Shown here in pieces: positions 37,998 to 46,439 of a DNA stretch of 64,000 bases (the stretch's first letter is position 1; each line of letters begins with the position of its first letter). A program made the position numbers and the translations under genes. A model generated the notes under the pieces. It was not told the origin of the DNA, made no database searches, and saw nothing but the letters and a program-made list of their open reading frames with translations. This stretch comes from a virus, in IMG/VR virus record IMGVR_UViG_2651869518_000004, positions 1,266-65,265 of that record. One strand, given 5' to 3'.

Positions 37998-38261
37998 TTA
38001 AAACGGAAACTTGAGGCGCATGCTCTGCACGCTCTGGGCGTCCTGGCCCAGGCGCTTGCAGTACTGCATGAGCGACTTGGGCAGGCCCAGGCGCTCGCGG
38101 CGCAGCTTGTCGGCGGCGTTGACGCGCTTACGCACGGCCGCGCGGAACTGGCGGCGGTCCATGGCGCCCGCGCTCACCGGCATGTCGTCGGTTGCGGCCT
38201 GGTGGATCGCCGCGCCGGCCAACATAGACTTCAGGTCTGCAAGTAGGGAAGAGGTTTTCAT
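37998..38261 (-). CDS. hypothetical protein
   Basis: ATG (MKTSS) with AGGAG RBS; the track start is TTG. Confidence 0.3.
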   Translation of the reverse strand: MKTSSLLADLKSMLAGAAIHQAATDDMPVSAGAMDRRQFRAAVRKRVNAADKLRRERLGLPKSLMQYCKRLGQDAQSVQSMRLKFPF

Positions 38262-38357
38262 GAAGCTCCTATAGGACAAAGTAGAGGGTTACAAAAGCGA
38301 GCACGTACGTGACCGCAAAGGCTACGCGGACGGGTGTCCAGAAGGGGTCGGCGTGGT

Positions 38358-38564
38358 TCACACTGCACCCACGTACTTGGTGAGGCGGGCGATGCGGGCC
38401 TCGTTGTACTGAGCCTGGCTCAGATAGAACTCCTGGGCGTTCTGGGCGGCCAGCAGCTCACGCCGGGCTTGCTCCAGCTCGCGCACGGCGATCACGTCGG
38501 CGCTGGGCTGCGTGAAGAGTTGCTTGATCAATTCAGCGAGTCGCATTAGAAGGTCCTTCAGCAA
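38358..38564 (-). CDS. hypothetical small protein
   Basis: 68-aa helical ORF in the operon. Confidence 0.25.
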   Translation of the reverse strand: MLKDLLMRLAELIKQLFTQPSADVIAVRELEQARRELLAAQNAQEFYLSQAQYNEARIARLTKYVGAV

Positions 38565-38838
38565 AACGTAGGGTGTTCAGATAAAGCGGGGCGGCCATCG
38601 CCATCAGCATTTGCCGAGCGGGTTCAAGCTCAAAGGCCTGCAAATCGTCGGCCAGATAGAACCACTGCAATTCGCCAAGGCCATATAGGCTGGGATCACA
38701 CTTGTAGTCAGCTCGGATCACTTGAGACAGTGCGGTAAAAAAGGCTGCTTGCTCTTCGCTTGTGCTGTTCCAAAACGCAAAAGCCATAAGCTGGGGCGAA
38801 ATTGAGATTTGAGACTCAATAGTTATTTTTTGGCTCAC
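38533..38838 (-). CDS. hypothetical protein
   Basis: 101-aa ORF. Confidence 0.25.
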   Translation of the reverse strand: MSQKITIESQISISPQLMAFAFWNSTSEEQAAFFTALSQVIRADYKCDPSLYGLGELQWFYLADDLQAFELEPARQMLMAMAAPLYLNTLRFAEGPSNATR

Positions 38839-39101
38839 GATTGCACCCCCGTGGCTTTGGCGATGGCGGCACGGGCACTGTCAATGGCAGCCGAACCATC
38901 GGTAGATTCCGCCAGAATGCCGCTGAATTCCACCAATGCGCGCAGAGCCTCCAGCAGCTCCGGCGCGGCGGCGATCAGGCGGGCGTTGGCTTCTTGATCG
39001 AATCCAGCAGCGATTCCAGGGAAGGCCACAAGACCGCCGCTTGCCATTACGTTCTTGTGGGCGTCAACGGACCAAGGCCCTGGTGTATGCGCGGTGCTCA
39101 C
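38835..39101 (-). CDS. hypothetical protein
   Basis: 88-aa ORF, overlapping stops and starts. Confidence 0.25.
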   Translation of the reverse strand: MSTAHTPGPWSVDAHKNVMASGGLVAFPGIAAGFDQEANARLIAAAPELLEALRALVEFSGILAESTDGSAAIDSARAAIAKATGVQS

Positions 39102-39862
39102 GCGCTCACCTCGCTGAAGTAAGCGGAGATGGTCAACTGCATGTTGGTCGTGCCGCCGGTCACGCGGCGCAGCTCGGCACCAAAGCTGTTGAGAAGCTGG
39201 TCAGTCTTGTGCCCGGCGTGGCGGGTGTGCAGGAAGACCACCTCGCACGACTCAGCCATGGCTTTTAGCTTGCCCTTGTCGTCGCCGTCGTTCCAGAAGT
39301 GCATGTCGAGCTTGTCGCCCCAGGCGCTGGTGATGGTGCCGGCCTGGATCGGCAGCAGGCCCACGATGCCCACGCGAGGCTTCACCGGGGCCTTGGGCTC
39401 GGCTACTGCCGGCATGGGCAGGTCCAGCAGCGTGCGCGGCAGGTCACGCAGGGGCTGGGCTGGGGTAGCCAGCAAGGAGGCCTCGGGGCTGGCCACAGCG
39501 GCCACCAGGCCCTGGGCCATAGACTCGACAAGCGCATCCAGACCGAACGTATTGGCGCCCGAGAATACGTTTGCTTGGGGCACACGCTTCAAGCGTTTGT
39601 CGGCCGGCGGCACGGCCACGGCCGTGTAGGCAAAGATGGGCCGGTTGGAGATCGTGCGGCCCTTCTCCGTGGCGGTGACGTAGCCGCGTGTGCGCAGCTC
39701 GTTGAGCCGGCTGCTGGGGCTCACCACGGCGCCTAGGGCATCGGCCACCTCCCGTGCGGTGCAGCCCGGGTGGGCGCGCACGAAGGCAAGAATTTGGTCG
39801 GATTTGCTGATCATTTGCTTGGTGCTGTGTTGGTGGGGTAAGTGCTTGCGCATCAGGGACAT
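39098..39862 (-). CDS. winged-HTH domain protein with uncharacterised C-terminal domain
   Basis: N-terminal ILAFVRAHPGCTAREVADALG...RLNELRTRGYV (MarR-like wHTH); ATG with AAGGGGG RBS. Confidence 0.35.
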   Translation of the reverse strand: MSLMRKHLPHQHSTKQMISKSDQILAFVRAHPGCTAREVADALGAVVSPSSRLNELRTRGYVTATEKGRTISNRPIFAYTAVAVPPADKRLKRVPQANVFSGANTFGLDALVESMAQGLVAAVASPEASLLATPAQPLRDLPRTLLDLPMPAVAEPKAPVKPRVGIVGLLPIQAGTITSAWGDKLDMHFWNDGDDKGKLKAMAESCEVVFLHTRHAGHKTDQLLNSFGAELRRVTGGTTNMQLTISAYFSEVSA

Positions 39863-39887
39863 GAGCCCCCTTGTCCCCCGTTGTCTG

Positions 39888-40733
39888 TTACTGGGCAGCC
39901 TTGATCGCGGCCATCGAGTCGGCCAGTGCCCACAGGGCCTTGTTCAGCTTGATGTCTTCGCTGATGCCGGTCACGGCGCGCGTGGTGACGCGCTGGCCGT
40001 TGGCGTTGCGGCCGTGCAGACCGCCGCGCACCACGTTCTCCTGGACGCGGTTCAGGGTTGTCCACAGGTCGCCCGAGGTGTCCGCGTGGCGGCGCACGCT
40101 CAGGAGCTGGATGCCTTCGACCGGAGCCTTGCCGTCCCAGCGGAGCTGCAGGGCGGCATCAGCAAAGGCCAGCTCCTCGGCCCGGTTGAGCTGGATACCC
40201 TGGAACTCTTCGATACGCTGCATGCCCAGTTGGAGGTGGTCCAGCACGCGGGTGCAGCCGTCGATCACGTCGCCCAGGACCTTACCGGTGTGGCGCACGC
40301 GAATCTGCTCACCGGCGCCGGTGGAGGAGACCATGCCGTTCAAGCAGGCCAGGCGGAAGAAGCCGCTGTCGAGCTGGAAGCTGCTGGCGCCGTCGTGGCT
40401 GTTGGTCAGGACGATCTCGGGGAACACATCGCCGACGCGGGCCGGGGTCTTGAAGTCGGCGTGGCGCAGGCGCAGGACGTGCTTGGTGAACTCGCGCTTG
40501 TCGGCGGTGCGGGTGTTGGACTGGGCGGCCGAGTAGACCTCGAAGCCTTCCTTCTGCAGACCCTGGACCAGGTCAATCGTGGGGATGAACTGGTACTTCT
40601 CACCCCGGCTGTGGTGCGCCTCGGCGGCCAGCACGCTGGGCGTGTAGCGGGCCAGTTGCTCAACGGTCAAGGGGGTGGTGGAGCGGATCGAGTTGGGGCG
40701 GGCCACTCGGTGGGTGCTACGAAAGGTCTGCAT
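39888..40733 (-). CDS. DUF932 domain protein
   Basis: LTVEQLARYTPSVLAAEAHHSRGEKYQFIPTIDLV...THK..LRHADF matches DUF932/TIGR03299; first gene after an operator-rich promoter region. Confidence 0.6.
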   Translation of the reverse strand: MQTFRSTHRVARPNSIRSTTPLTVEQLARYTPSVLAAEAHHSRGEKYQFIPTIDLVQGLQKEGFEVYSAAQSNTRTADKREFTKHVLRLRHADFKTPARVGDVFPEIVLTNSHDGASSFQLDSGFFRLACLNGMVSSTGAGEQIRVRHTGKVLGDVIDGCTRVLDHLQLGMQRIEEFQGIQLNRAEELAFADAALQLRWDGKAPVEGIQLLSVRRHADTSGDLWTTLNRVQENVVRGGLHGRNANGQRVTTRAVTGISEDIKLNKALWALADSMAAIKAAQ

Positions 40734-40773
40734 GGTTGACTCCTTGTCAGGACAGGTTTGGACTGGGTTGTTG

Positions 40774-40853
40774 TGTGCAAACTTATTTGCAGCACGGGAC
40801 GGATAATAGCAAACGAATTTGCCCTAAACAAAAACACATGCAAATATTTTTGC
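40774..40853. promoter_or_regulatory. three operator-like palindromes TGCAAA-N4-TTTGCA upstream of the leftward early operon
   Basis: TGCAAACTTATTTGCA (40774-40789), GCAAACGAATTTGC (about 40810-40823), TGCAAATATTTTTGC (about 40839-40853); the same motif recurs between the repressor and cro genes. Confidence 0.45.
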
Positions 40854-40896
40854 TTCTATTTATGACCCGCTGGTCAGTAAAGCGCCCGCAGACGTA

Positions 40897-40922
40897 AAAA
40901 AGCCCGCGCGCGGCGGGCTTAG
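40897..40922 (-). terminator. rho-independent terminator
   Basis: Minus strand GCCCGCCGCGCGCGGGC followed by TTTTTT, right after the lipoprotein ORF. Confidence 0.45.
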
Positions 40923-40938
40923 TTAGGGTGCTTTGGCT

Positions 40939-41220
40939 TCAAAGTTTAAGCGTGTGCAGCCACAAGTTGGCTCGGCGCAGGGGGCCTTTTTTCTCGTAGC
41001 ATGCGCCGTCGATGGCCGAGTACAGGCCCTGGCAGCGGGTCGTGTCTTCGTCGCGGAAGTCGAAGCCCAGCGGGGCCATGCAGGCAGGTACTTGATAAAG
41101 GTGTGCCGTGGCGCTTTGGCATCTCTGGAGGCTTTGCTGTTGCACGGTCTCTGTGGACACCGAGCAAGACACAATCTCGGCGGCGATTAAGGCGCAAGAA
41201 AACAGTCTAAATGTGCTCAT
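40939..41220 (-). CDS. small Cys-rich secreted/lipoprotein candidate (moron)
   Basis: Signal peptide LFSCALIAAEIVSCS, six Cys; own terminator; located between the operator region and the repressor gene; locally low GC. Confidence 0.3.
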   Translation of the reverse strand: MSTFRLFSCALIAAEIVSCSVSTETVQQQSLQRCQSATAHLYQVPACMAPLGFDFRDEDTTRCQGLYSAIDGACYEKKGPLRRANLWLHTLKL

Positions 41221-41423
41221 AGGTAGACATTCACAGGTTATCCACAAAAAATGATCGGCATATCCACCGCTTTGCCTCTTGTACCCGGTTTTCTATACTG
41301 GTTAAATACCCAGACAGGAAGGGACCTTCATGGATAGAACATCAAAATGGATCGCCACAATAACCACACGCGATGCGCTTAGGCAGGAGCTGAAGCGCAG
41401 CGCCGCTCTGTCCTCCAGGGGGG

Positions 41424-41831
41424 TCATGCTTTTGGTCTTTCTGCAGGGGCAGGAGGCCTTGGCGGCTGAGTGGCTTCGCGCGTCCCAAGGACGAACCCTA
41501 GAAGCACATTCGTTGCCTCTGTGTATGCCTCAAGTTGCAAATCGGCCGGCACTGCCCGAAGCAGCGTAGCGAACTGCTCAGCCTGCAGCCGCAGGCGGTC
41601 GTCTCCATTTGCTGGCGCTGGCGCTGAAAGCTCAGCCGACCGGTCTAGCAGCTCGTCGGTGCTGGCCCCCATCACCCGGGCGAGGGCCTTTATGTAGCCT
41701 GGGACTATATCGCCCCGGCGCTCTAGGTGCTCAATGTTTTGCCTGGTCGTGCCGACCTCTTTGGCCATGCGCGTGGTAGTCCACTCCTTGACGGCCCGGA
41801 ACTCGGTGACTTTCTGGCCTAGGGTTTTCAT
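41424..41831 (-). CDS. CI-like repressor (XRE-family HTH, no peptidase domain)
   Basis: MKTLGQKVTEFRAVKEWTTTRMAKEVGTTRQNIEHLERRG: XRE HTH; divergent from the cro-like gene across an operator-containing gap. Confidence 0.55.
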   Translation of the reverse strand: MKTLGQKVTEFRAVKEWTTTRMAKEVGTTRQNIEHLERRGDIVPGYIKALARVMGASTDELLDRSAELSAPAPANGDDRLRLQAEQFATLLRAVPADLQLEAYTEATNVLLGFVLGTREATQPPRPPAPAERPKA

Positions 41832-41865
41832 AAAAACATTCTCCTTCATCGCCGCGCGCATCAGT

Positions 41866-41898
41866 TTGCGCATAGAATGCAAAAATATTTGCACAAAC
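41866..41898. promoter_or_regulatory. operator palindromes in the repressor/cro divergent promoter region
   Basis: TTTGCGCATAGAATGCAAAAATATTTGCACAAA containing TGCAAAAATATTTGCA. Confidence 0.45.
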
Positions 41899-41908
41899 AG
41901 ACTGCGCT

Positions 41909-42148
41909 ATGGACCACAAAAACGGCATTGAGCTTGCCCTTCACAAGTTTGATAACAGCCCAACCAAGCTGGCCTTGGCCGTGGGCGGCACCGTGCTTCG
42001 GCAGCACATTGAGCACTGGCTGAAGGCGGGCAAGGTCCCAGCGGAGCGGGCCCCCGACGTGGCTCTTGCCTCTGGCGTTCCCTTGGAGCTTCTTTGCCCC
42101 GACACCAACTGGGCGGCTGTTCGCCTTATTCCCAAAGTATCGGTCTAA
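41909..42148 (+). CDS. Cro-like / YdaS-type HTH regulator
   Basis: KLALAVGGTVLRQHIEHWLKAGKVPAERAPDVALASGVPLELLCPD resembles the Cro/YdaS antitoxin family. Confidence 0.5.
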   Translation: MDHKNGIELALHKFDNSPTKLALAVGGTVLRQHIEHWLKAGKVPAERAPDVALASGVPLELLCPDTNWAAVRLIPKVSV

Positions 42149-42202
42149 AAAGTAGACTTTCAAGCTGTTCGTTTAGACATGGCTTTCCGTACATAAACCC
42201 CA

Positions 42203-42237
42203 AAGAAAAAGCCCCGGCGTCTGGACAACTACGGGGC
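42203..42237 (+). terminator. terminator-like hairpin after cro
   Basis: AAAAAGCCCCGgcgtctggacaactaCGGGGCTTTTAA (6-bp GC stem, T run). Confidence 0.35.
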
Positions 42238-42316
42238 TTTTAAATCAACACAAGCAGGAGAGATTTTATATGAAGTTTGGTCTCACGTCCTATCACGCCG
42301 GATCAGCGCCAGGTCT

Positions 42317-43696
42317 ATGAGTGCTTATTACAACGAGATAGACCCCTTCGCAGCGCAGTGGCTGCGCAACCTGATTGCGGCTGGCCACATCGCCGATGGC
42401 GTAGTGGACGAGCGCTCAATCGAAGACATTCCTCCGAAAGACCTCCATGGCTTTACTCAGTGTCACTTCTTTGCCGGCATCGGCGTCTGGTCATATGCCC
42501 TGCGCCGCGCCGGCTGGTCCGACGACCGACCTATTTGGACCGGCTCCTGCCCTTGCCAGCCTTTCAGCGCGGCAGGTAAAGGAGGCGGGTTTGATGATGA
42601 GCGGCACCTATGGCCAGCCTTCTACCACCTCATCGAGCAGTGCCGCCCTGCAACAGTCCTTGGAGAGCAGGTTGCGAGCAAGGACGCAGGCCCTTGGCTC
42701 GACCTTGTACACACTGACCTGGAAGCCATGGGTTACGCCTTCGGGGCGGTCCCGTTTCCGTCTGCGGGCGTCGGTGCGCCGCACATCCGCGACCGACTGT
42801 ACTGGGTGGCCGACGCCCAGCAGCACCATTGTGGACCACAAGCCCAACCCGCCGATCATGGGCAATCGCAAGCCAACGGACCCGCAGATAGGGCTGGCGG
42901 ACGTAGCTGTGCATTTGGCGGGTTGGACCACGCCGACCAAAAGCGATGGGGACGGGGGCAAGGGCTTCCGGCCGGGCGTTTCGATGACCGGGCGCATGCC
43001 GGATGGCAGCAAGGTGACTATGGACTTGTCGGCATCGGTGAAGCTGGCGATGTCGCACGATCAGCCGGCCCGACTAACGGCTTCTGGCGAGCTGCTGACT
43101 GGCTCCTGTGCCGGGATGGAAAGTGGCGGCCAGTTGAGCCCATCCATGTCAAGGTGGTTGATGGGCCTGCCGCCAGCTTGGGACCAGTGTGCGCCCATCT
43201 CAATAAAGAAAAAGGGAAAGTAAATGACGCTATCGGCCAAGCAGAAGCGCGAGTATCGGGAATCAGCGAAGCACCGCAAGACGGAGTGCGAGGAATGCGG
43301 GGCGACGGGCAGGCTCCACGTCCACCACAAGGATCAAGATACAGCGAACAACGACCCGTTGAACTTGAAGACGCTTTGTGCCTCATGCCATCGTCTAGCG
43401 CACTCGCCAAATTGCATGGGGACGGGGGCACTGCGCAAGCCCTGCACGCATTGCGATGCGCCATCTACCAAGCAGGGGCTGTGCGCGACACATCTATCAC
43501 GCTTGAAGCGGTATGGTCATCCCTTGGGAAAGAAGCGCAAGACGGAATCAGGATGGGTTTTGATGATTCACGATGGGAAATCGTGGCTCCCTTTCCCCTC
43601 ACCCATAACGCCAGAAGTAGGGTTGGCAGACTCAGAGCCTACGGCAACGCCATCAACGCGGTCCAAGCGCAAATCTTCATTGAAAGCCTGATGTGA
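42317..43696 (+). CDS. DNA (cytosine-5)-methyltransferase (frame-A ORF; integrity uncertain)
   Basis: Motif I FFAGIGVWS, motif IV PCQPFSAAGK, motif VI LGEQV, motif VIII APHIRDRLYWVA, C-terminal IRMGFDD...YGNAINAVQAQIFIESL (IX/X) all in one 459-aa frame; a second frame also carries MTase-like strings. Confidence 0.5.
   Translation: MSAYYNEIDPFAAQWLRNLIAAGHIADGVVDERSIEDIPPKDLHGFTQCHFFAGIGVWSYALRRAGWSDDRPIWTGSCPCQPFSAAGKGGGFDDERHLWPAFYHLIEQCRPATVLGEQVASKDAGPWLDLVHTDLEAMGYAFGAVPFPSAGVGAPHIRDRLYWVADAQQHHCGPQAQPADHGQSQANGPADRAGGRSCAFGGLDHADQKRWGRGQGLPAGRFDDRAHAGWQQGDYGLVGIGEAGDVARSAGPTNGFWRAADWLLCRDGKWRPVEPIHVKVVDGPAASLGPVCAHLNKEKGKVNDAIGQAEARVSGISEAPQDGVRGMRGDGQAPRPPQGSRYSEQRPVELEDALCLMPSSSALAKLHGDGGTAQALHALRCAIYQAGAVRDTSITLEAVWSSLGKEAQDGIRMGFDDSRWEIVAPFPLTHNARSRVGRLRAYGNAINAVQAQIFIESLM
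43224..43691 (+). CDS. HNH endonuclease ORF embedded out of frame in the 3' third of the methyltransferase ORF
   Basis: ECEECGATGRLHVHHKDQDTANNDPLNLKTLCASCHRLAH: strong HNH signature; starts right after TAA of the frame-B ORF 42447-43223. Confidence 0.5.
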   Translation: MTLSAKQKREYRESAKHRKTECEECGATGRLHVHHKDQDTANNDPLNLKTLCASCHRLAHSPNCMGTGALRKPCTHCDAPSTKQGLCATHLSRLKRYGHPLGKKRKTESGWVLMIHDGKSWLPFPSPITPEVGLADSEPTATPSTRSKRKSSLKA

Positions 43697-46416
43697 TGGC
43701 TCAGCCTGCAACCCAACCAGTCGGCGACAGCCTCACCGTCATCAGCTCCGCCGGCCTGCGCCTGACCAAGGTCTGGGACAGCGCCACCGGCAAGCCCCAG
43801 GGATACGAGCGCGCGCAGCAGGTCTCGGTGCAGGAGCGCTACGTCGCTGACATCTACCAGCTCTCGGCCCTTCTGGACGAGCTGGAGACCGAGCGCAATA
43901 GCTGCATCATCCGTGGCAAGTTCATCGGGCACGCCAAGGCCGGCGAGCTGTACGCCCAGGAGATCACCCAGGACGCCAAGCGCGGCAAGGTGCTGAAGGT
44001 GCCCAAGGACGGGTACACGCTGCGCCGGTTGACCTTCTTCAAGGAGCAGCCGCTGCACTTCTTCTACATCGACATCGATTCCTTCGGGCCCCAGGGCGTG
44101 GACCCGGTGCTGGAGCCCGAGGCGGCCATCGAGCAGTACATCACCCAGGCCCTGCCGGCGTGCTTCCAGGGGATCACCTACCACTGGCAGCTCAGCTCTG
44201 GGGCTGGGCACCCGGACAACCCCGGCGTGCTCAAGGCCCATGTGGCGTTCTGGCTCAGTCGGGCGCACGTGGGCGAGGACCTGGACGCTTGGGTGAAGGC
44301 CAACCAGCTCCCCATCGATGTGACCGTCTTCCGCACGGTGCAGCCAAACTACACGGCCGCGCCCGTGTTCGTCAACGGCGTGCAGGACCCAGTACCAAAG
44401 CGCTCGGGCCTGTGCCAGGGCTACCTGGGCGACGAGGTGGAGCTGGTGATCCAGCCATCCATCCTGCTGCGGGCCAAGGCTGAGCGTAAGAGCCGGGTGG
44501 ACATGATCGACCCGCGCGACAAGGACAACCTGGTGGGCCAGTTCTGCCGCGCCTTTGAGATCGAAGAGGTCGTTGAGCGCTGGCTCCCCAACGTCTTTGA
44601 GTTCGTGACCGACCACCGGCTGACCTGGCTCATGAGCGAGTCGGGGGCGGCCGAGGGGGCCGGCGTGACCGACAACCGCCAGGGCATCTTCAACACCCAC
44701 AACGGCGACCCGTTCCATGCCCGCGCTGCAAACAAGTGGGACCTGGTGCGGCACTACGTCTACGGGCACCTTGACGCAGGCATGGACGACTTTGAGCGCT
44801 ACTCTACTCACATCAGTGAGCTGCCTAGCGAGTTGGCTATGCGGGCCATGGTGGCCGGACTGCCCGAGATGCAGCAGGAGCGCGTGGAGGCCGTGGCCAG
44901 CCACCGTGAGGCGATCCAGGCCGCCACCACCGAGGCCTCGGTGCGGGAGGTGGCTCAGCGCATCGGCCTGGACGGCTCCGTAGACCGCCTGGGCCGCGAG
45001 ACCCTGATCGGCCTGATCCAGTCCAAGCTCAAGGACATCAACGGCGTCAAGCCCACCCTGTCCACGGTGCGTGGGCTTCTGACCCTGACCCGGCAGGCCC
45101 CGCAGGGGCCGGTCCCTGTCCCCGACTGGGCCAGGCCCTGGTGCTACGTCACCGGCGAGGCCAAGTTCTTCAACCGCGACACCAAGGAGCTGATCGGGAG
45201 GGATGCGTTCGACGCGGCCCACAACAGGCTCATGGACGAGGATGAGGACGGCAACCAGCCCCAGGCCAGCCGCATCGCCACCGACCACTGGCAGATACCC
45301 TGCGTCTACGAGCGCATGTACATGCCGGCCGCCGGCGACCTCTTCACCATCGATGGCAAGGAGTACGCCAACGACTACCGCCCCGAGTCCGTGCCCCTGG
45401 GGCTGCAGGACCCGGCGGTGGACGCGGTGCTCAACAGGCACTTCGAGCTGCTCGTGCCCAACGCCCTGTACCGCCGGGTCTTGCTGCAGTGGCTGGCCTG
45501 GGTCGTGACAAACCCGGGCAAGAAGGTGCTCTGGGCGATTCTGATCAAGGGCGTCGAGGGGGACGGCAAGAGCGCCCTGGGGGCGATGGTGGGCCAGGCC
45601 ATGGGGCAGGACAACGTCGGGATCATCAGCCCCGACACCATGGCCGGCTCCAACTTCAATGACTGGGCCAATCGGCGCTGCGTCAATGTGCTTGAGGAGC
45701 TGAAGATTCCCGGCCACCGGCACGACGTCTACAACAAGATCAAGCCGCTCATCACCAACCCCCGTGTGGAGATTCACGGCAAGGGCAAGGCCAGCACCAC
45801 CGTCATCAACACATGCAACTACATCGGCTTCTCCAACCACGCCGATGCGCTGCCCCTGGACGAGCACGACCGGCGCCACTTCGTCCTCTTCACGCCCTGG
45901 CGTGACATCGCCGGGATGCACACCCTCATGGCCGGGTTGGGGCTCACCCCGGACGCCTACTGGGACCAGTTCTGGGCGCCGATCAAGAACCGGCCGGAGG
46001 CCGTACGCGGCTTCTTTGAGGGGATTGACCTAACCGGCTTTGACCCCCACAGCCGCGCACCCAACACTACCTTCAAGTCCCAGCTCGTGGACGCCGGGGA
46101 CCTGGACGGGGCCAACAGCCTGGCCACTTGCATCATCGAGGAGGGCGGTGTGGGGATCAGCCCCAAGGTGATCAGCTCCAGCCACCTGTCGGCGGCGCTG
46201 AAGGCCCTGGAGCCGCCTGTTTTCATGCACACGTCACGCCTGAGCAAGCTGCTGGAGGATCTCAGGTACACCAGCTTTGGGCCTTTGAAGTGGAAAGGGT
46301 CGACGGCCAGGGTGTGGACGCGGGAGACGGAGGACGGGAAAAAACTGACCGCCGACCAGGTCAGGGGTTTGCTGGACGAGACGCTGGAGCAGGTTGGGGA
46401 GGATTTTCTGAAATGA
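43693..46416 (+). CDS. bifunctional primase-polymerase / SF3 (D5/P4-alpha-like) helicase
   Basis: Prim-pol region FFYIDIDS; helicase Walker A LIKGVEGDGKSALG and Walker B-like DEHDRRHFVLF; 907 aa. Confidence 0.7.
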   Translation: MMAQPATQPVGDSLTVISSAGLRLTKVWDSATGKPQGYERAQQVSVQERYVADIYQLSALLDELETERNSCIIRGKFIGHAKAGELYAQEITQDAKRGKVLKVPKDGYTLRRLTFFKEQPLHFFYIDIDSFGPQGVDPVLEPEAAIEQYITQALPACFQGITYHWQLSSGAGHPDNPGVLKAHVAFWLSRAHVGEDLDAWVKANQLPIDVTVFRTVQPNYTAAPVFVNGVQDPVPKRSGLCQGYLGDEVELVIQPSILLRAKAERKSRVDMIDPRDKDNLVGQFCRAFEIEEVVERWLPNVFEFVTDHRLTWLMSESGAAEGAGVTDNRQGIFNTHNGDPFHARAANKWDLVRHYVYGHLDAGMDDFERYSTHISELPSELAMRAMVAGLPEMQQERVEAVASHREAIQAATTEASVREVAQRIGLDGSVDRLGRETLIGLIQSKLKDINGVKPTLSTVRGLLTLTRQAPQGPVPVPDWARPWCYVTGEAKFFNRDTKELIGRDAFDAAHNRLMDEDEDGNQPQASRIATDHWQIPCVYERMYMPAAGDLFTIDGKEYANDYRPESVPLGLQDPAVDAVLNRHFELLVPNALYRRVLLQWLAWVVTNPGKKVLWAILIKGVEGDGKSALGAMVGQAMGQDNVGIISPDTMAGSNFNDWANRRCVNVLEELKIPGHRHDVYNKIKPLITNPRVEIHGKGKASTTVINTCNYIGFSNHADALPLDEHDRRHFVLFTPWRDIAGMHTLMAGLGLTPDAYWDQFWAPIKNRPEAVRGFFEGIDLTGFDPHSRAPNTTFKSQLVDAGDLDGANSLATCIIEEGGVGISPKVISSSHLSAALKALEPPVFMHTSRLSKLLEDLRYTSFGPLKWKGSTARVWTRETEDGKKLTADQVRGLLDETLEQVGEDFLK

Positions 46417-46439
46417 AAGCAATCAGCTTGTTACCTTTT

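Noticed and set aside
42447-43223. Frame-B ORF inside the MTase gene.
   Set aside because: Not rejected outright: the N-terminal half is clearly antisense-like junk over the frame-A MTase motifs, but the 3' half has MTase-like strings. Reported as a finding instead of as a separate gene.
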